This document shows, piece after piece, positions 8,999 to 19,157 of a DNA stretch of 64,000 nt. The DNA comes from an uncultured Campylobacter sp. (GTDB lineage Bacteria > Campylobacterota > Campylobacteria > Campylobacterales > Campylobacteraceae): assembly GCF_905372745.1 (NCBI RefSeq), contig NZ_CAJPQR010000003.1, forward strand, positions 16,748-80,747. The letters run 5' to 3'. A program made the position numbers and the translations under genes. The notes below the pieces were generated by a model that saw nothing but the letters and a program-made list of their open reading frames with translations, did no database searches and was not told where the DNA came from. Positions within the stretch are counted from its first letter, which is position 1. Every line of letters begins with the position of its first letter.

Positions 8999-10088
8999 GC
9001 TGCTATAAATTTTGCGTAATTTTAATTTTTACTCTACGAGCGGTTGTATTCTAGGGTATTTTTATTAAATTCGTATTTTGATTTTTACTTTGCGCCACTG
9101 CCGTTAAATTTTATAAAATCGTAAACCGATTTTGACAAATAAATTGCGATATTTTAGACGGTCGTGGCGTTTGTTTTGCGGATTGATTTAGTATAAAGAG
9201 GTCGCACCGGTTTTTGTTTGCTAAATCCGAAAATATTTTCTTACTCTTTTAGACAAATTTAAACCCAGCGTAAATTTACATTGTTGCATTAAGATTTTTA
9301 GGCCTGGCAGCCCAAATCAAAACGTCTTAAAAAGCGCCGAGATAAAAGCAAATTTATAAAGTTATTTAGCTACGAAGCCATACTTTTGGCGTAACTTTGT
9401 TTAAAACTCTGCGCTCACGCATAATAGCCGCAGACTTTGCTCTTATGCGTCGTTAATTTCTAACAGACTTTGCAAGCTTGTAGCTTACGTCGGCGCCGAG
9501 TTTAAATTTAACATCGCCTGTCGCATTTATCGCTTGCGATTAGTTAGATTAGCTTCCGATTTACGCGTAGCTTCTTGCGCCAGGACCGTCTCGTCCGACC
9601 TTATCGCCCAGGCGCTAAATTTTGCCGACAGACACGGGGCGCAGATGTTTGAAAACTTCCATCTCTACGCTTATGCGAAAAGTTACGTCGCTTTACTGGC
9701 GACGGTCGCAGAGCAAATTCGGCACTTGCACGGATATGTTTTTGCAAAGATTTAGGTTGAGGCATTTTATCTTTTAAGTCGTTTTAGAACTGTTTAAATT
9801 TAATGTGATTTTGCTTCCTTGCGCCTACGTTAATTTAGCTTTGCGGACAAACGAGCGCTTTGTATTTGCCTGTTTAAGTGGCATTTGCTGAACTGCTTAC
9901 AAAATCGGCCCGAGGCCTTGCAGGCTTTGGTGCATAAAGCGCGCATTTGTAGCTCGGTAGTAACTTCTGAAGCACTTACGCTAGCTCAAAGCTTTGCGAC
10001 GTGGCGCTGGCTTGCAGGGGTAAAGCGCCGACCTTTTTAGCCTTGCAAAATTGGCAACGCAGTCGCCTTTGCTACGGCAAAACGCGGG

Positions 10089-10670
10089 CTAAATTTTACC
10101 GGTTAAAATTTGCACGATAGTTTCGGGCAAAATTTCATGCTCTATCTCGTGGATTTTGGCCTCGTAAGCTTCAAAGCTCATTCCCGCGCTCTTTTCAAAC
10201 GCACGCTGAGCGATGATCTTGCCGCCGTCTAGCTCCTCGCTGACCCAGTGCACGCTCACGCCGCCCACCTTCATATCGCTATCAAAGCTCTCTTTTATGG
10301 CACGCGCGCCCTTAAAAAGTGGCAGCAGCGATGGGTGCAAATTTATCGCGCGAATCTGCCTCGTAAAAACGGGCGTAAGGATGCGCATAAAGCCCGCAAG
10401 AACCGTTAGATCGACGTTGGCACGCTTTATCTGTGCTACGACCGCGGCGTCAAACTCTTCTCTAGAGGCAAAATTAACGTGCTCGGTAACGACGCTTTGC
10501 AAGCCGTATTTTGCGGCTTTTGCTATGCCGCCTGCGTTAGCTTTATTTGTTAACGTTAGCGCGACCTCGATCTTGGTTTCGCCAAAAACTTTGCCGTGCA
10601 GATTCTGCAAAATCGCATCCAAATTTGAGCCGCCGCCACTAAATAAAACCGCTATTTTTTTCGTAAGCAT
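10089..10670 (-). CDS. purN: Phosphoribosylglycinamide formyltransferase
   Basis: 193 aa. Motifs VLFSGGGSNL, NLHPSLLP and SVHWVSEELDGG. Confidence 0.9.
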   Translation of the reverse strand: MLTKKIAVLFSGGGSNLDAILQNLHGKVFGETKIEVALTLTNKANAGGIAKAAKYGLQSVVTEHVNFASREEFDAAVVAQIKRANVDLTVLAGFMRILTPVFTRQIRAINLHPSLLPLFKGARAIKESFDSDMKVGGVSVHWVSEELDGGKIIAQRAFEKSAGMSFEAYEAKIHEIEHEILPETIVQILTGKI

Positions 10671-12073
10671 TTGAGTCCTTTGATGACGTCCGCGGCCGTG
10701 AGCGCGTAGTCGTTGATTTTGATTTCGCGGGCGGCTAGAGCGTGAGCTAACGCGCCCGAGATCGCGGCATTTAGCGGATCGTAACCTTGCGCCAGTAGTC
10801 CCGCGACGATACCGCTTAGCGCGTCTCCGCTACCGCCTTTTGCGAGTGCGGCGCTACCTTGCGTCATGACGTAGACCTCGCCGCCTTGCGCGATTAGCGT
10901 ATTTGCGCCCTTTAACACAAGCACGCATTTAAAATTTCGGCTAAAAATTTGAGCGAGATTGAAGCGATTTTTTTGCACTTCGCGGACGTCAAATTTGCCA
11001 AGATTCGCAAGCTCCAGCAAGCTCGCAAACTCCTTTGGATGCGGCGTTATTACGACGTTTTTATTATTTAAAAGCTCAAGCGTGCGCGGCTCATAGCAAA
11101 GATCGGCGTCGATAACGAGCGCGTCTTTTTTTTTTAGTTCGCTAAAAAGCTCGTCTTTTTGCACCTCGTCAAGCTCGCCAAGTCCCATACCGACGGCTCC
11201 GACTCGCATTTTGGGCGTTATGCGCGCGCTTTGCATTAAAACGGGCTCAATGTTTAAATTTTTGCCCACGACGCTAACGAGTCCCGCACCGATAGTTAGC
11301 GCGGCAAGTCCCGCTATACGCGCCGCTCCGCCCTTTTCGCCGCTAACAACAAACACGTGCCCAAAGTCGCCCTTGTTAACGTTTTGCTTAGCGCGAAACG
11401 GCAAATTTAAATCGCTTTTTCCAAGTTTATAAAAGCTCGTCCCCGTCTCGTACAGCTCGCGAGAAAGGCCCAAATTTGCGACCTTTACGCGCCCCACGAA
11501 ATCTTTTGCAAAGTCGTTATAAAGCGCTAGCTTTAACGCACCCATCGTCACAGTCGTATCGGCCTTAAAGACCGTGCCTTGCGGCACGCCGTTTTTATCA
11601 AGACCGCTCGGGATATCGCAGGCGAGTTTGTAGGCGGGTTTTGCATTTAGTAGATTTATCAAATTTATCATCCGCTCGTCTAGCTCACGGCTAAGTCCGG
11701 TTCCGAAAATCCCATCGATGATGCAGTCAAATTCGTCGCTTTGCGTCAAATTTGAGATCAAATTTACGCCGCATTTTAGCGCTCTGGTTAGCTCGGTTTT
11801 TGAGATTTCATTTTGTTTGTCGCTCGCTAAAAACGCAAAACAATCAAATTTATCGCCCAAAAGCCGAAGTGCGGCAAGTACGTCTGCGCCGTTATTTCCG
11901 CTGCCGACTACGCCTAAAATTTTACGGCGTTTGGTCGATGATTTTTTGAGCCTAGTCCGTACTGCGCGAGCTAACGCATTCGCGGCGTTTTGCATCAAAA
12001 CTTCGGTGCTAAGCCCAAACTCGCTCACGGCTCTAGCGTCAAGCTCCGCCGTATCCCAAAATAGCTTTTTCAT
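10652..12073 (-). CDS. nnr: Bifunctional NAD(P)H-hydrate repair enzyme (YjeF_N epimerase + ADP-dependent dehydratase)
   Basis: 473 aa with a two-domain architecture. The N-terminal domain has GSGNNGADVL. The C-terminal carbohydrate-kinase-like domain has KGGSGDALSGIVAGLLAQG. Confidence 0.85.
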   Translation of the reverse strand: MKKLFWDTAELDARAVSEFGLSTEVLMQNAANALARAVRTRLKKSSTKRRKILGVVGSGNNGADVLAALRLLGDKFDCFAFLASDKQNEISKTELTRALKCGVNLISNLTQSDEFDCIIDGIFGTGLSRELDERMINLINLLNAKPAYKLACDIPSGLDKNGVPQGTVFKADTTVTMGALKLALYNDFAKDFVGRVKVANLGLSRELYETGTSFYKLGKSDLNLPFRAKQNVNKGDFGHVFVVSGEKGGAARIAGLAALTIGAGLVSVVGKNLNIEPVLMQSARITPKMRVGAVGMGLGELDEVQKDELFSELKKKDALVIDADLCYEPRTLELLNNKNVVITPHPKEFASLLELANLGKFDVREVQKNRFNLAQIFSRNFKCVLVLKGANTLIAQGGEVYVMTQGSAALAKGGSGDALSGIVAGLLAQGYDPLNAAISGALAHALAAREIKINDYALTAADVIKGLKCLRKK

Positions 12074-13590
12074 GCGCCCTCCTGCTTCACTCGGTAGCTC
12101 AAAGCCTCTAAAATGTGCGGCTTTTTGATGATACGCGAGCCCTCGATGTCGGCGACCGTGCGGGCGACTTTTAGGGTTTTATTTATAGCGCGGCGACTGA
12201 GCGAAAATCTCTGCGTCGCGTGATCTAGCGCCCTGCTCGCCTCGTCGTCGCAAATGCAAATTTTAGCAATCTCTTCGTCGCTAAGCTTGCCGTTTAGCTC
12301 GCTTTGAGCGCGCGAGATTTGCGTCTCAAACACGCGTAGCACGGTATCTTGCATCGATTCGCTCGTAACGTCGCTTTTATCATCGGCGCTCACCTCGTCC
12401 ATCTGTACGTGAAGGTCGATGCGGTCTAGCACGGGTGCCGAGATGCGCGATTTATAGCGCTTGATCTCAAGCTCCGAGCATTTGCACTCTAGATTTTTAG
12501 AGAGTAGGTTGCCGCAAGGACACGGGTTCATCGCGGCTACGAACATAAATTTAGTCTCATACGTGATTTTTGAATTTACGCGCGAGATGTTGATTTTGTA
12601 GTCTTCCAGCGGCTCGCGCAGGCTCTCTAAAATTTGCGGCGCAAAGTGCGGAAGCTCGTCAAAAAATAAAATCCCACCGTTAGCTAGCCCGACCTCGCCG
12701 ATCCTAGCCGAGCTCGATCCACCGCCGAAAATAGAGCTGCGCGTGCTCGTGTGATGAGGCGAGCGAAAGGCTCGCAGGGCGGAAAATTCGCTCTCCTGCT
12801 GATTTAGCGAGCTATAAGCGCAGCTAAGCAAGATCTCATCCAAGCTTTGCGGCGGTAAAATGTAGCGCAGGCGCTTGGCGCTCATGCTCTTGCCGCATCC
12901 GGGGCTACCCTCAAAGATAATGTTATGCATACCGCAAGCGGCCACCAGGCAGGCTCTTTTTGCTCTACTTTGGCCTTTGACGTCGCTAAAATTTAGCTCG
13001 AAATTTTGATTTTTTACGAAGCTTTTTTCGCCGATTTTGATTAAATTCGAAAAAAGCGGATGAACGCTGCCGACTTTGCGCAAAGCGGTAAACTCTGGCT
13101 CTAGGAAAAATTTGATCGCTTCGGCTAAATTTGAAACGGCGTAAATTTCTAAATTCGGTATCGCGCCCGCTTTTTGCGCTATCTCTTGCGGGATCAGCAC
13201 GCGAGAGCCCGGCGCTTTCGCGCTCAAAAAAAGTAGGATAGAAAAAAGGCTCGCCGTACTTTTGACGCCGCCGTCGAGCCCCAACTCGCCAAATACGAAA
13301 ATAGGCTCGAAGTCGCGCTCTTTTTGCAAGGCGATTAAAAGCGCGATAGGCAGGTCAAAGTGACTGCCTGATTTTGGCATATCGGACGGGGATAAATTTA
13401 TGATGATTTTTTGCGCTGGAAAAGAAAAATTTAACGATAAAAGCGCTGATTTTACGCGCTCGGCGCTCTCTTTGATCGAAGCACCAGCAAGCCCTACGAT
13501 ATTAAGCGCCGGCAAACCGCGGTTAAAACTGGACTCGACGTCTACAAGCCGCAATTCGTCGTTATAAGTGGCGCATTTTAGGGCTTTCAT
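12070..13590 (-). CDS. comM: ComM/YifB-family Mg-chelatase-like AAA+ protein (competence-associated)
   Basis: 506 aa. Lon-protease-like N-terminal domain. Walker A GSPGCGKSM. Walker B ILFFDELPHF. C-terminal ChlI-like segment. Confidence 0.85.
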   Translation of the reverse strand: MKALKCATYNDELRLVDVESSFNRGLPALNIVGLAGASIKESAERVKSALLSLNFSFPAQKIIINLSPSDMPKSGSHFDLPIALLIALQKERDFEPIFVFGELGLDGGVKSTASLFSILLFLSAKAPGSRVLIPQEIAQKAGAIPNLEIYAVSNLAEAIKFFLEPEFTALRKVGSVHPLFSNLIKIGEKSFVKNQNFELNFSDVKGQSRAKRACLVAACGMHNIIFEGSPGCGKSMSAKRLRYILPPQSLDEILLSCAYSSLNQQESEFSALRAFRSPHHTSTRSSIFGGGSSSARIGEVGLANGGILFFDELPHFAPQILESLREPLEDYKINISRVNSKITYETKFMFVAAMNPCPCGNLLSKNLECKCSELEIKRYKSRISAPVLDRIDLHVQMDEVSADDKSDVTSESMQDTVLRVFETQISRAQSELNGKLSDEEIAKICICDDEASRALDHATQRFSLSRRAINKTLKVARTVADIEGSRIIKKPHILEALSYRVKQEGA

Positions 13591-14099
13591 GCGTTTTTTT
13601 GCTTTTTATACTCTTTGTCGAATTTTTTGCGTTTGTTGTAGCCGATACGCTCGATAAAAAGGTGTCCGTCTAGATGATCCATCTCGTGCTGGATCGCAAC
13701 CGACAAAAGTCCGTCGGCCTCGAGCTCTTGGCGCTGTCCGAAGCGGTCTTGATACTCTAGCGTTATAAACTCGGCTCTTTTTACGTCCTCGTAGTATCCG
13801 GGCACGCTAAGGCAGCCTTCTTGATATATTATCTCGCCCTCTTTGCGTAAAATTTTGGGATTTATGATTTCTAGCAGATCCTCTTTGCGCTGTTCTTTGC
13901 TCTCTTCGTCAACTAAATTTACGATCAAAATTCGCTTAGCCTCGCCCGTCTGGATGGCGGCTAGTCCGATACCGTTTTTAGCGATCATGGTCTCATACAT
14001 GTCGTCTAGAAATTTATGCAACTCTTCGTCAAAAACTTTAACTTCAAGCGATTTGACGAAGAGTTTTTTGTTCGGATAGGTTAGGATTTCTAGTATCAT
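13587..14099 (-). CDS. def: Peptide deformylase
   Basis: Motifs GIGLAAIQ, EGCLSVPG and QHEMDHLDG. Confidence 0.95.
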   Translation of the reverse strand: MILEILTYPNKKLFVKSLEVKVFDEELHKFLDDMYETMIAKNGIGLAAIQTGEAKRILIVNLVDEESKEQRKEDLLEIINPKILRKEGEIIYQEGCLSVPGYYEDVKRAEFITLEYQDRFGQRQELEADGLLSVAIQHEMDHLDGHLFIERIGYNKRKKFDKEYKKQKNA

Positions 14100-15160
14100 T
14101 TGCCGCCCTCGCCGGGTAGGATAAGGTAGCGTTTACCGTCTCTACCGGTGTTCTTTAGCGCATCAAGCGCGCTAGAAAGCAGCTCCTCGACGGTCTTTTG
14201 TCCGCCCAGAGCGCAGGCTACTACCTCCATATCAAAATCGATCTTTTCGTCGTTTAGCATAAAAGAGGTGCCGTAAAACATCTCCGTTATACGTTCGCAC
14301 GCCTTTTGCGCGCCGACGATATCGGTATGGCGCATCAGCATCGCAAAGCACCCGTCGCCGTAATGCGCTAAAATATCGCTGCGCCTTGAGGTACGAAGTA
14401 ACATACGCGAGATATTTTTTAGCACCGCATGTTTGCCTTTTGAGCCGATGCCTTGCAGCGAGGTTTCTTTTGGTTTGATTAGCATCAGCGAGGATTTGTA
14501 GCCGTATTTTTGGATATTACCGGCCTCCATTTCCAGCGTCTTTAGGAAAAATTTTCGGTTATAGATATCAAATTTAGGATCATAGACGGACTGTTCTTCT
14601 ACTATCTTAAAAACTTTGCCGACCTCATCGTAGCTGGTTTTTATGACCTCGATATGCTTATCCATCAGCGTATTTAGCTTGGCTAGATCATCGCTAAATG
14701 CATTAAAAACGCTTTGATTAGCCAGCAAATTTCCGTTTGGATCGAGGCTGTCTAGGCGCTTTTTAACGACTGTTTTTAGTACGGATAGGTTTTTATAAAT
14801 GAGCGCGACGGCTTGCAACATACTTTTTATCTGTATAAAGCTATTTTTTACCTCGCGCTCGATGCTGATTTGCCTATCGTCTTCTAGCCTGCCGATTTCA
14901 TCTTCTATTTTGATGATTTCCCCGACTTTTTTTTTGAAGTCGTCCGGTTGCTTTTCGAGTATTTTTTCAAAAAATATTGAATAATTTTTGGGTATTGAGG
15001 GGATATTTTCCTCAGCTAGCTCTTTTATGATAGCCTCGGAAAATCCGTAAATACCCATATCGCCGCCGTTATCCTCGCCTTTTCCCGCGCCGACGCGTCC
15101 AGGATTTTGTGCGCTTTGCGGGAGCTGTTTTTCGCTTTTTTTGTCGTCTATCTTTAGCAA
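14096..15160 (-). CDS. GGDEF-like domain protein with degenerate active site
   Basis: The C-terminal domain has the GGDEF fold signature, but the motif reads YGDGCF (ILAHYGDGCFAMLM). The listed ORF has a TTG start. An alternative ATG lies at 15058 (MGIYGF...). The gene sits between def and clpP. Confidence 0.6.
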   Translation of the reverse strand: MLKIDDKKSEKQLPQSAQNPGRVGAGKGEDNGGDMGIYGFSEAIIKELAEENIPSIPKNYSIFFEKILEKQPDDFKKKVGEIIKIEDEIGRLEDDRQISIEREVKNSFIQIKSMLQAVALIYKNLSVLKTVVKKRLDSLDPNGNLLANQSVFNAFSDDLAKLNTLMDKHIEVIKTSYDEVGKVFKIVEEQSVYDPKFDIYNRKFFLKTLEMEAGNIQKYGYKSSLMLIKPKETSLQGIGSKGKHAVLKNISRMLLRTSRRSDILAHYGDGCFAMLMRHTDIVGAQKACERITEMFYGTSFMLNDEKIDFDMEVVACALGGQKTVEELLSSALDALKNTGRDGKRYLILPGEGGK

Positions 15161-15170
15161 AATTTACTCT

Positions 15171-15761
15171 TTATTTAAAGCTTTTTTCTAAAACCTTATC
15201 TATCAGTCCGTATTCTTTAGCCTCAGCAGAACTCATGAAAAAGTCCCTGTCGGTGTCTTTTTGGATTTTAGCTAGTTTTTGACCGGTATTTTTAGCTAGG
15301 ATCGCGTTTAAAATTTCTTTCATACGCAAGATTTCCTTCGCCTGGATCTCTATATCCGTCGCCTGTCCGCGTGCGCCGCCTAAAGGCTGGTGGATCATGA
15401 TGCGCGAATTTGGCAGCGCATAACGCTTTCCCTGCGCGCCGCAGCTAAGCAAAAACGCGCCCATAGACGCCGCCTGACCTATACAGATCGTGCAGACGTC
15501 TGGCTTGATGTAGTTCATCGTATCGTAAATGCTAAATCCGCTCGTTATCACGCCGCCGGGGCTATTTATATATAGATATATGTCTTTGTCCGGGTCTTCG
15601 GCCTCTAAAAACAGCATCTGAGCCACGATCGCAGACGCCATGCCGTCCTCGATCTCGCCGCTAAGCATTATTATGCGGTCTTTTAGCAGGCGCGAGTAGA
15701 TGTCGTAGCTTCTCTCGCCCTTGCTCGTGCGCTCGATGACGTAGGGGATGTAGTAGCTCAT
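15171..15761 (-). CDS. clpP: ATP-dependent Clp protease proteolytic subunit
   Basis: Catalytic Ser context [11 protein letters not shown] and His context IMIHQPLGG. Confidence 0.97.
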   Translation of the reverse strand: MSYYIPYVIERTSKGERSYDIYSRLLKDRIIMLSGEIEDGMASAIVAQMLFLEAEDPDKDIYLYINSPGGVITSGFSIYDTMNYIKPDVCTICIGQAASMGAFLLSCGAQGKRYALPNSRIMIHQPLGGARGQATDIEIQAKEILRMKEILNAILAKNTGQKLAKIQKDTDRDFFMSSAEAKEYGLIDKVLEKSFK

Positions 15762-17086
15762 TACTCCGCCTTTTTCTCTTTTTTATCGTTTTTCTCGCTC
15801 TTTAGCGCGAACATCTCGTTAAATAGCTTCTCCTCGATCATCGACATTTTGATCGCAGGTAAAATTCCTTGATTTTTATAGTTTTCAAGGTGTTGTTTCG
15901 GATCTACGCCCGAGCGATACGCCTCAAAATACACCGCTTGGATCAGCTCTTGGTCGCTTACTTTTATGCCTCTGCGGCGCGCTAGCTCGTCTATTATAAA
16001 CGTTAGTTTCACGCTTTTTACCGCGTCGTCGCGGTAGGTCTCGCGCTGTTTGGTTAGAGCGTCTTTATCCTCTCTAAATTTAGCCATCTGCTCAGGTGTA
16101 AAGCTGCTCCAAGCACCGCGGAACTGCATATCCATCTCTTGCTCTACGATGTTTTTTGGCACGTTGAAGTTAAATTTAGCCACGATCGCGTCGGCAAATT
16201 TAGGCTTTAGCTCTTCGTTTACGTTTTTGGCGTGCTTGTCGGCTTTGATCTGCTCTTTTAGTCTCTCTTCAAATAGCTCGACGCTTACCTTTTCCTCGCC
16301 CGGCATGATGCGTTTTAGCGTCTCTTCGTCGATCTCTTCAGGCACTTTTTTGCCTTGGATTTCGTGTAGCTTTACTTTAAACGTCGCGTCTTTGCCCGCA
16401 AGGTGCGCAGCGCCGTACTCGGCCGGAAATTTAACCTTCACGTCGCGCTCCTGCCCTACTTTTAGCCCGATCATGCCGTCCTCAAAGCCCGGTATAAACT
16501 GACCCGAGCCGATTTCTAGCAGGTAGTTTTCAGCTTTGCCGCCCTCAAACGCAGCGCCGTCTACGAAGCCCTCGAAGTCAAATTTGGCAAAATCTCCCTT
16601 TTCAAGCGCGGCTTTTTCCACTTTTTCTAGCGGAGCGATCATTTTTAAAATTTCGTTTTTTCTCTCATCGATCTCTTTTTTCGTTACGCGCGGCGCGCTG
16701 ACGCTCTCTATCAGCTCCTCGTAGCCGTCGATGTTTATGACGGGTTTAAACGAGATTTCGATCTCTGCGTCGATCTCGCTCTCGCCCCTGTCGAATTTCG
16801 TCACGATCGGCTCGCCGATAACCTCTTCAAATTTTCTATTTAGCTCTTTTAGACCTGCGTCGATCGCGTCTTTTAGCGCGTCTTGCTCGGCATCGGCGGT
16901 TAGTTCTTTTTCGTAACGTTTTAGTACTACGTTCACAGGTACTTTGCCCGCTCTAAATCCATCTATTTTCATATTTTTCGCAGCTTTTTTAGCAGCGTTT
17001 TCGAGTTTGGATTTTACGTCCGCGCTCGGTATTTTCGCACTTAGCGAAGCATTTACGGCGTCGATCGCCTTGGTTTTGATTTGCAT
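15761..17086 (-). CDS. tig: Trigger factor
   Basis: 441 aa. Ribosome-binding GFRAGKVP motif and a central FKBP-type PPIase segment ([11 protein letters not shown]). Confidence 0.93.
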   Translation of the reverse strand: MQIKTKAIDAVNASLSAKIPSADVKSKLENAAKKAAKNMKIDGFRAGKVPVNVVLKRYEKELTADAEQDALKDAIDAGLKELNRKFEEVIGEPIVTKFDRGESEIDAEIEISFKPVINIDGYEELIESVSAPRVTKKEIDERKNEILKMIAPLEKVEKAALEKGDFAKFDFEGFVDGAAFEGGKAENYLLEIGSGQFIPGFEDGMIGLKVGQERDVKVKFPAEYGAAHLAGKDATFKVKLHEIQGKKVPEEIDEETLKRIMPGEEKVSVELFEERLKEQIKADKHAKNVNEELKPKFADAIVAKFNFNVPKNIVEQEMDMQFRGAWSSFTPEQMAKFREDKDALTKQRETYRDDAVKSVKLTFIIDELARRRGIKVSDQELIQAVYFEAYRSGVDPKQHLENYKNQGILPAIKMSMIEEKLFNEMFALKSEKNDKKEKKAE

Positions 17087-17225
17087 TAAATTCCTTTAAA
17101 AAATAAAAATTTCCTAGAGTGTAGCAAAATTTTCCTTATTCATAGTATAAATTTAAGCGCGCGAAAGGCGAATTTAAGTAAAATCGTTTATCAAATTTAA
17201 ATAGCGAAATTAGTCAGGAACGTAA

Positions 17226-17828
17226 ATGCAAGAAAATTTAAAAAATGAGAATTTAAAAAAAGAAAAGTTTGAAAGCTGCGTCGAGCAGATGCTAAATTTA
17301 GTCGGCGAAGACCCGCACAGAGAGGGGCTAGCTAAAACTCCCGAGCGCGTTTTTAAAGCTTACGAGTTTTTAACGAGCGGCTACTCGCAAGACCCAAAAG
17401 TCGTGCTAAACGACGCGCTGTTTGATAGCTCAAATAACGAAATGGTGCTCGTGCGAGATATCGAATTTTACAGCCTTTGCGAGCATCATTTGCTACCGTT
17501 TTTCGGGCGCGTGCACGTAGCCTACATACCAAACCACAAGGTCGTAGGCCTTAGCAAAATCCCGCGCATGGTAAATATCTTCGCCCGCCGCCTGCAGATC
17601 CAAGAGCAGCTTACAGAGCAGATCGCGCAGGCCGTGCAAGAGGTCATCAAGCCAAAAGGTGTGGGCGTCGTCATCGAGGCGCGTCACATGTGCGTGGAGA
17701 TGCGAGGCGTGGGCAAGATCAACTCGACCACTACAACATCGGCGCTGCGAGGATGTTTTTTAAATAGCAGCGAGACTAGGCGCGAGTTTTTCTCTCTTAT
17801 AAATTCGCACAAAGAAGTGAGATTTTAG
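17226..17828 (+). CDS. folE: GTP cyclohydrolase I
   Basis: Motifs CEHHLLPF and RLQIQEQLT. Confidence 0.93.
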   Translation: MQENLKNENLKKEKFESCVEQMLNLVGEDPHREGLAKTPERVFKAYEFLTSGYSQDPKVVLNDALFDSSNNEMVLVRDIEFYSLCEHHLLPFFGRVHVAYIPNHKVVGLSKIPRMVNIFARRLQIQEQLTEQIAQAVQEVIKPKGVGVVIEARHMCVEMRGVGKINSTTTTSALRGCFLNSSETRREFFSLINSHKEVRF

Positions 17829-19132
17829 TGGGTTTAGATAGCTTAAAATCAAAACTGGGCACAAATTTATCTCTCTCTAGCGTCTTTGGCGTGATCGAGC
17901 GAATTTCTGCTACGACGATAGAGATTTCGGGACTGCGCCCCAGCATAGGCGACATCGTGCAAATTTGCGCTAAAGATAGGAGCAAAAGCGGACTAGCGAT
18001 GGTGACTGAGGTGCGGCAAAATACCGCGCTCATCTCGCCCTTTGGCTTTGTAGAAGGCTACAAGATCGGCGACTTCGTCTATCAAAGCGACCAAGGCATG
18101 AAAATCCCCGTCGGAGACGCTCTTTTAGGGCGCGTAGTCGATCCTTTTATGAATCCAAAAGACGGCAAAGGCGCGATCGCTGCGACCGAGTACGCACCGA
18201 TAATGCGCGCTCCGATCGATGCGATGAAGCGCGGGCTGATAGATGAGATTTTTAGCGTCGGGGTTAAAAGCATAGACGGGCTGCTAACCTGCGGCAAAGG
18301 CCAAAAACTAGGCATTTTCGCAGGTTCTGGTGTGGGCAAAAGTACGCTAATGGGCATGATAGTAAAAAACTCGCAAGCTCCGATCAAGGTAGTCGCGCTT
18401 ATCGGCGAGCGCGGCCGCGAGGTGCCCGAGTTTATCGAGAAAAATTTACGCGGCGACCTAAGCGGCACCGTCGTCATCGTAGCCACCAGCGACGATAGCC
18501 CGCTGATGCGAAAATACGGCGCCTTTTGCGCGATGAGCGTGGCTGAATACTTCAAAAACCAAGGCAAAGACGTACTTTTTATCATGGATAGCGTGACGCG
18601 ATTTGCTATGGCGCAGCGAGAGATCGGGCTGGCACTAGGCGAGCCGCCGACGTCCAAGGGCTACCCGCCCTCCGTGCTTACTTTGCTACCTCAGTTGATG
18701 GAGCGTGCGGGCAAAGAGGATGGTAAGGGCAGCATAACGGCCTTTTTTACCGTGCTTGTAGACGGCGACGATATGAGCGATCCCATAGCCGACCAGAGCC
18801 GCTCGATCCTAGACGGTCACATCGTGCTTAGCCGCGAGATGACGGACTTTGGCATCTATCCGCCTATAAACATCCTAAACTCCGCCTCGCGCGTGATGAG
18901 CGACATCGCTACCAAAGAGCACAGAGCAAACGCCGCCAAGCTAAAGCGCCTCTACTCGCTTCTCAAAGAAAACGAGGTGTTACTACGCATCGGCGCATAT
19001 CAAAAAGGCAGCGACAAAGAGCTTGACCTTGCTATCTCGAAAAAAGAATTTATAGATAACTTCCTAAAACAAGACGCCGAAGAGGGCTTTAGCTTCGAGC
19101 AGACGCAAGAGCTGCTAGGCGGGATAAATTAG
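17828..19132 (+). CDS. fliI: Flagellar export ATPase FliI
   Basis: GTG start overlapping the folE stop. Walker A GSGVGKSTL. Walker B LFIMDSVTRFA. F1/T3SS-ATPase fold. Confidence 0.92.
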   Translation: MGLDSLKSKLGTNLSLSSVFGVIERISATTIEISGLRPSIGDIVQICAKDRSKSGLAMVTEVRQNTALISPFGFVEGYKIGDFVYQSDQGMKIPVGDALLGRVVDPFMNPKDGKGAIAATEYAPIMRAPIDAMKRGLIDEIFSVGVKSIDGLLTCGKGQKLGIFAGSGVGKSTLMGMIVKNSQAPIKVVALIGERGREVPEFIEKNLRGDLSGTVVIVATSDDSPLMRKYGAFCAMSVAEYFKNQGKDVLFIMDSVTRFAMAQREIGLALGEPPTSKGYPPSVLTLLPQLMERAGKEDGKGSITAFFTVLVDGDDMSDPIADQSRSILDGHIVLSREMTDFGIYPPINILNSASRVMSDIATKEHRANAAKLKRLYSLLKENEVLLRIGAYQKGSDKELDLAISKKEFIDNFLKQDAEEGFSFEQTQELLGGIN

Positions 19133-19157
19133 CCTCAAATTTGCAAAAAAGGCAAAA

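Noticed and set aside
9534-9755. A 73-aa ORF in the prfA-purN spacer.
   Set aside because: It has no RBS and no recognisable motif, and it is embedded in word-rich non-coding-looking DNA. It is kept only as part of the spacer finding.
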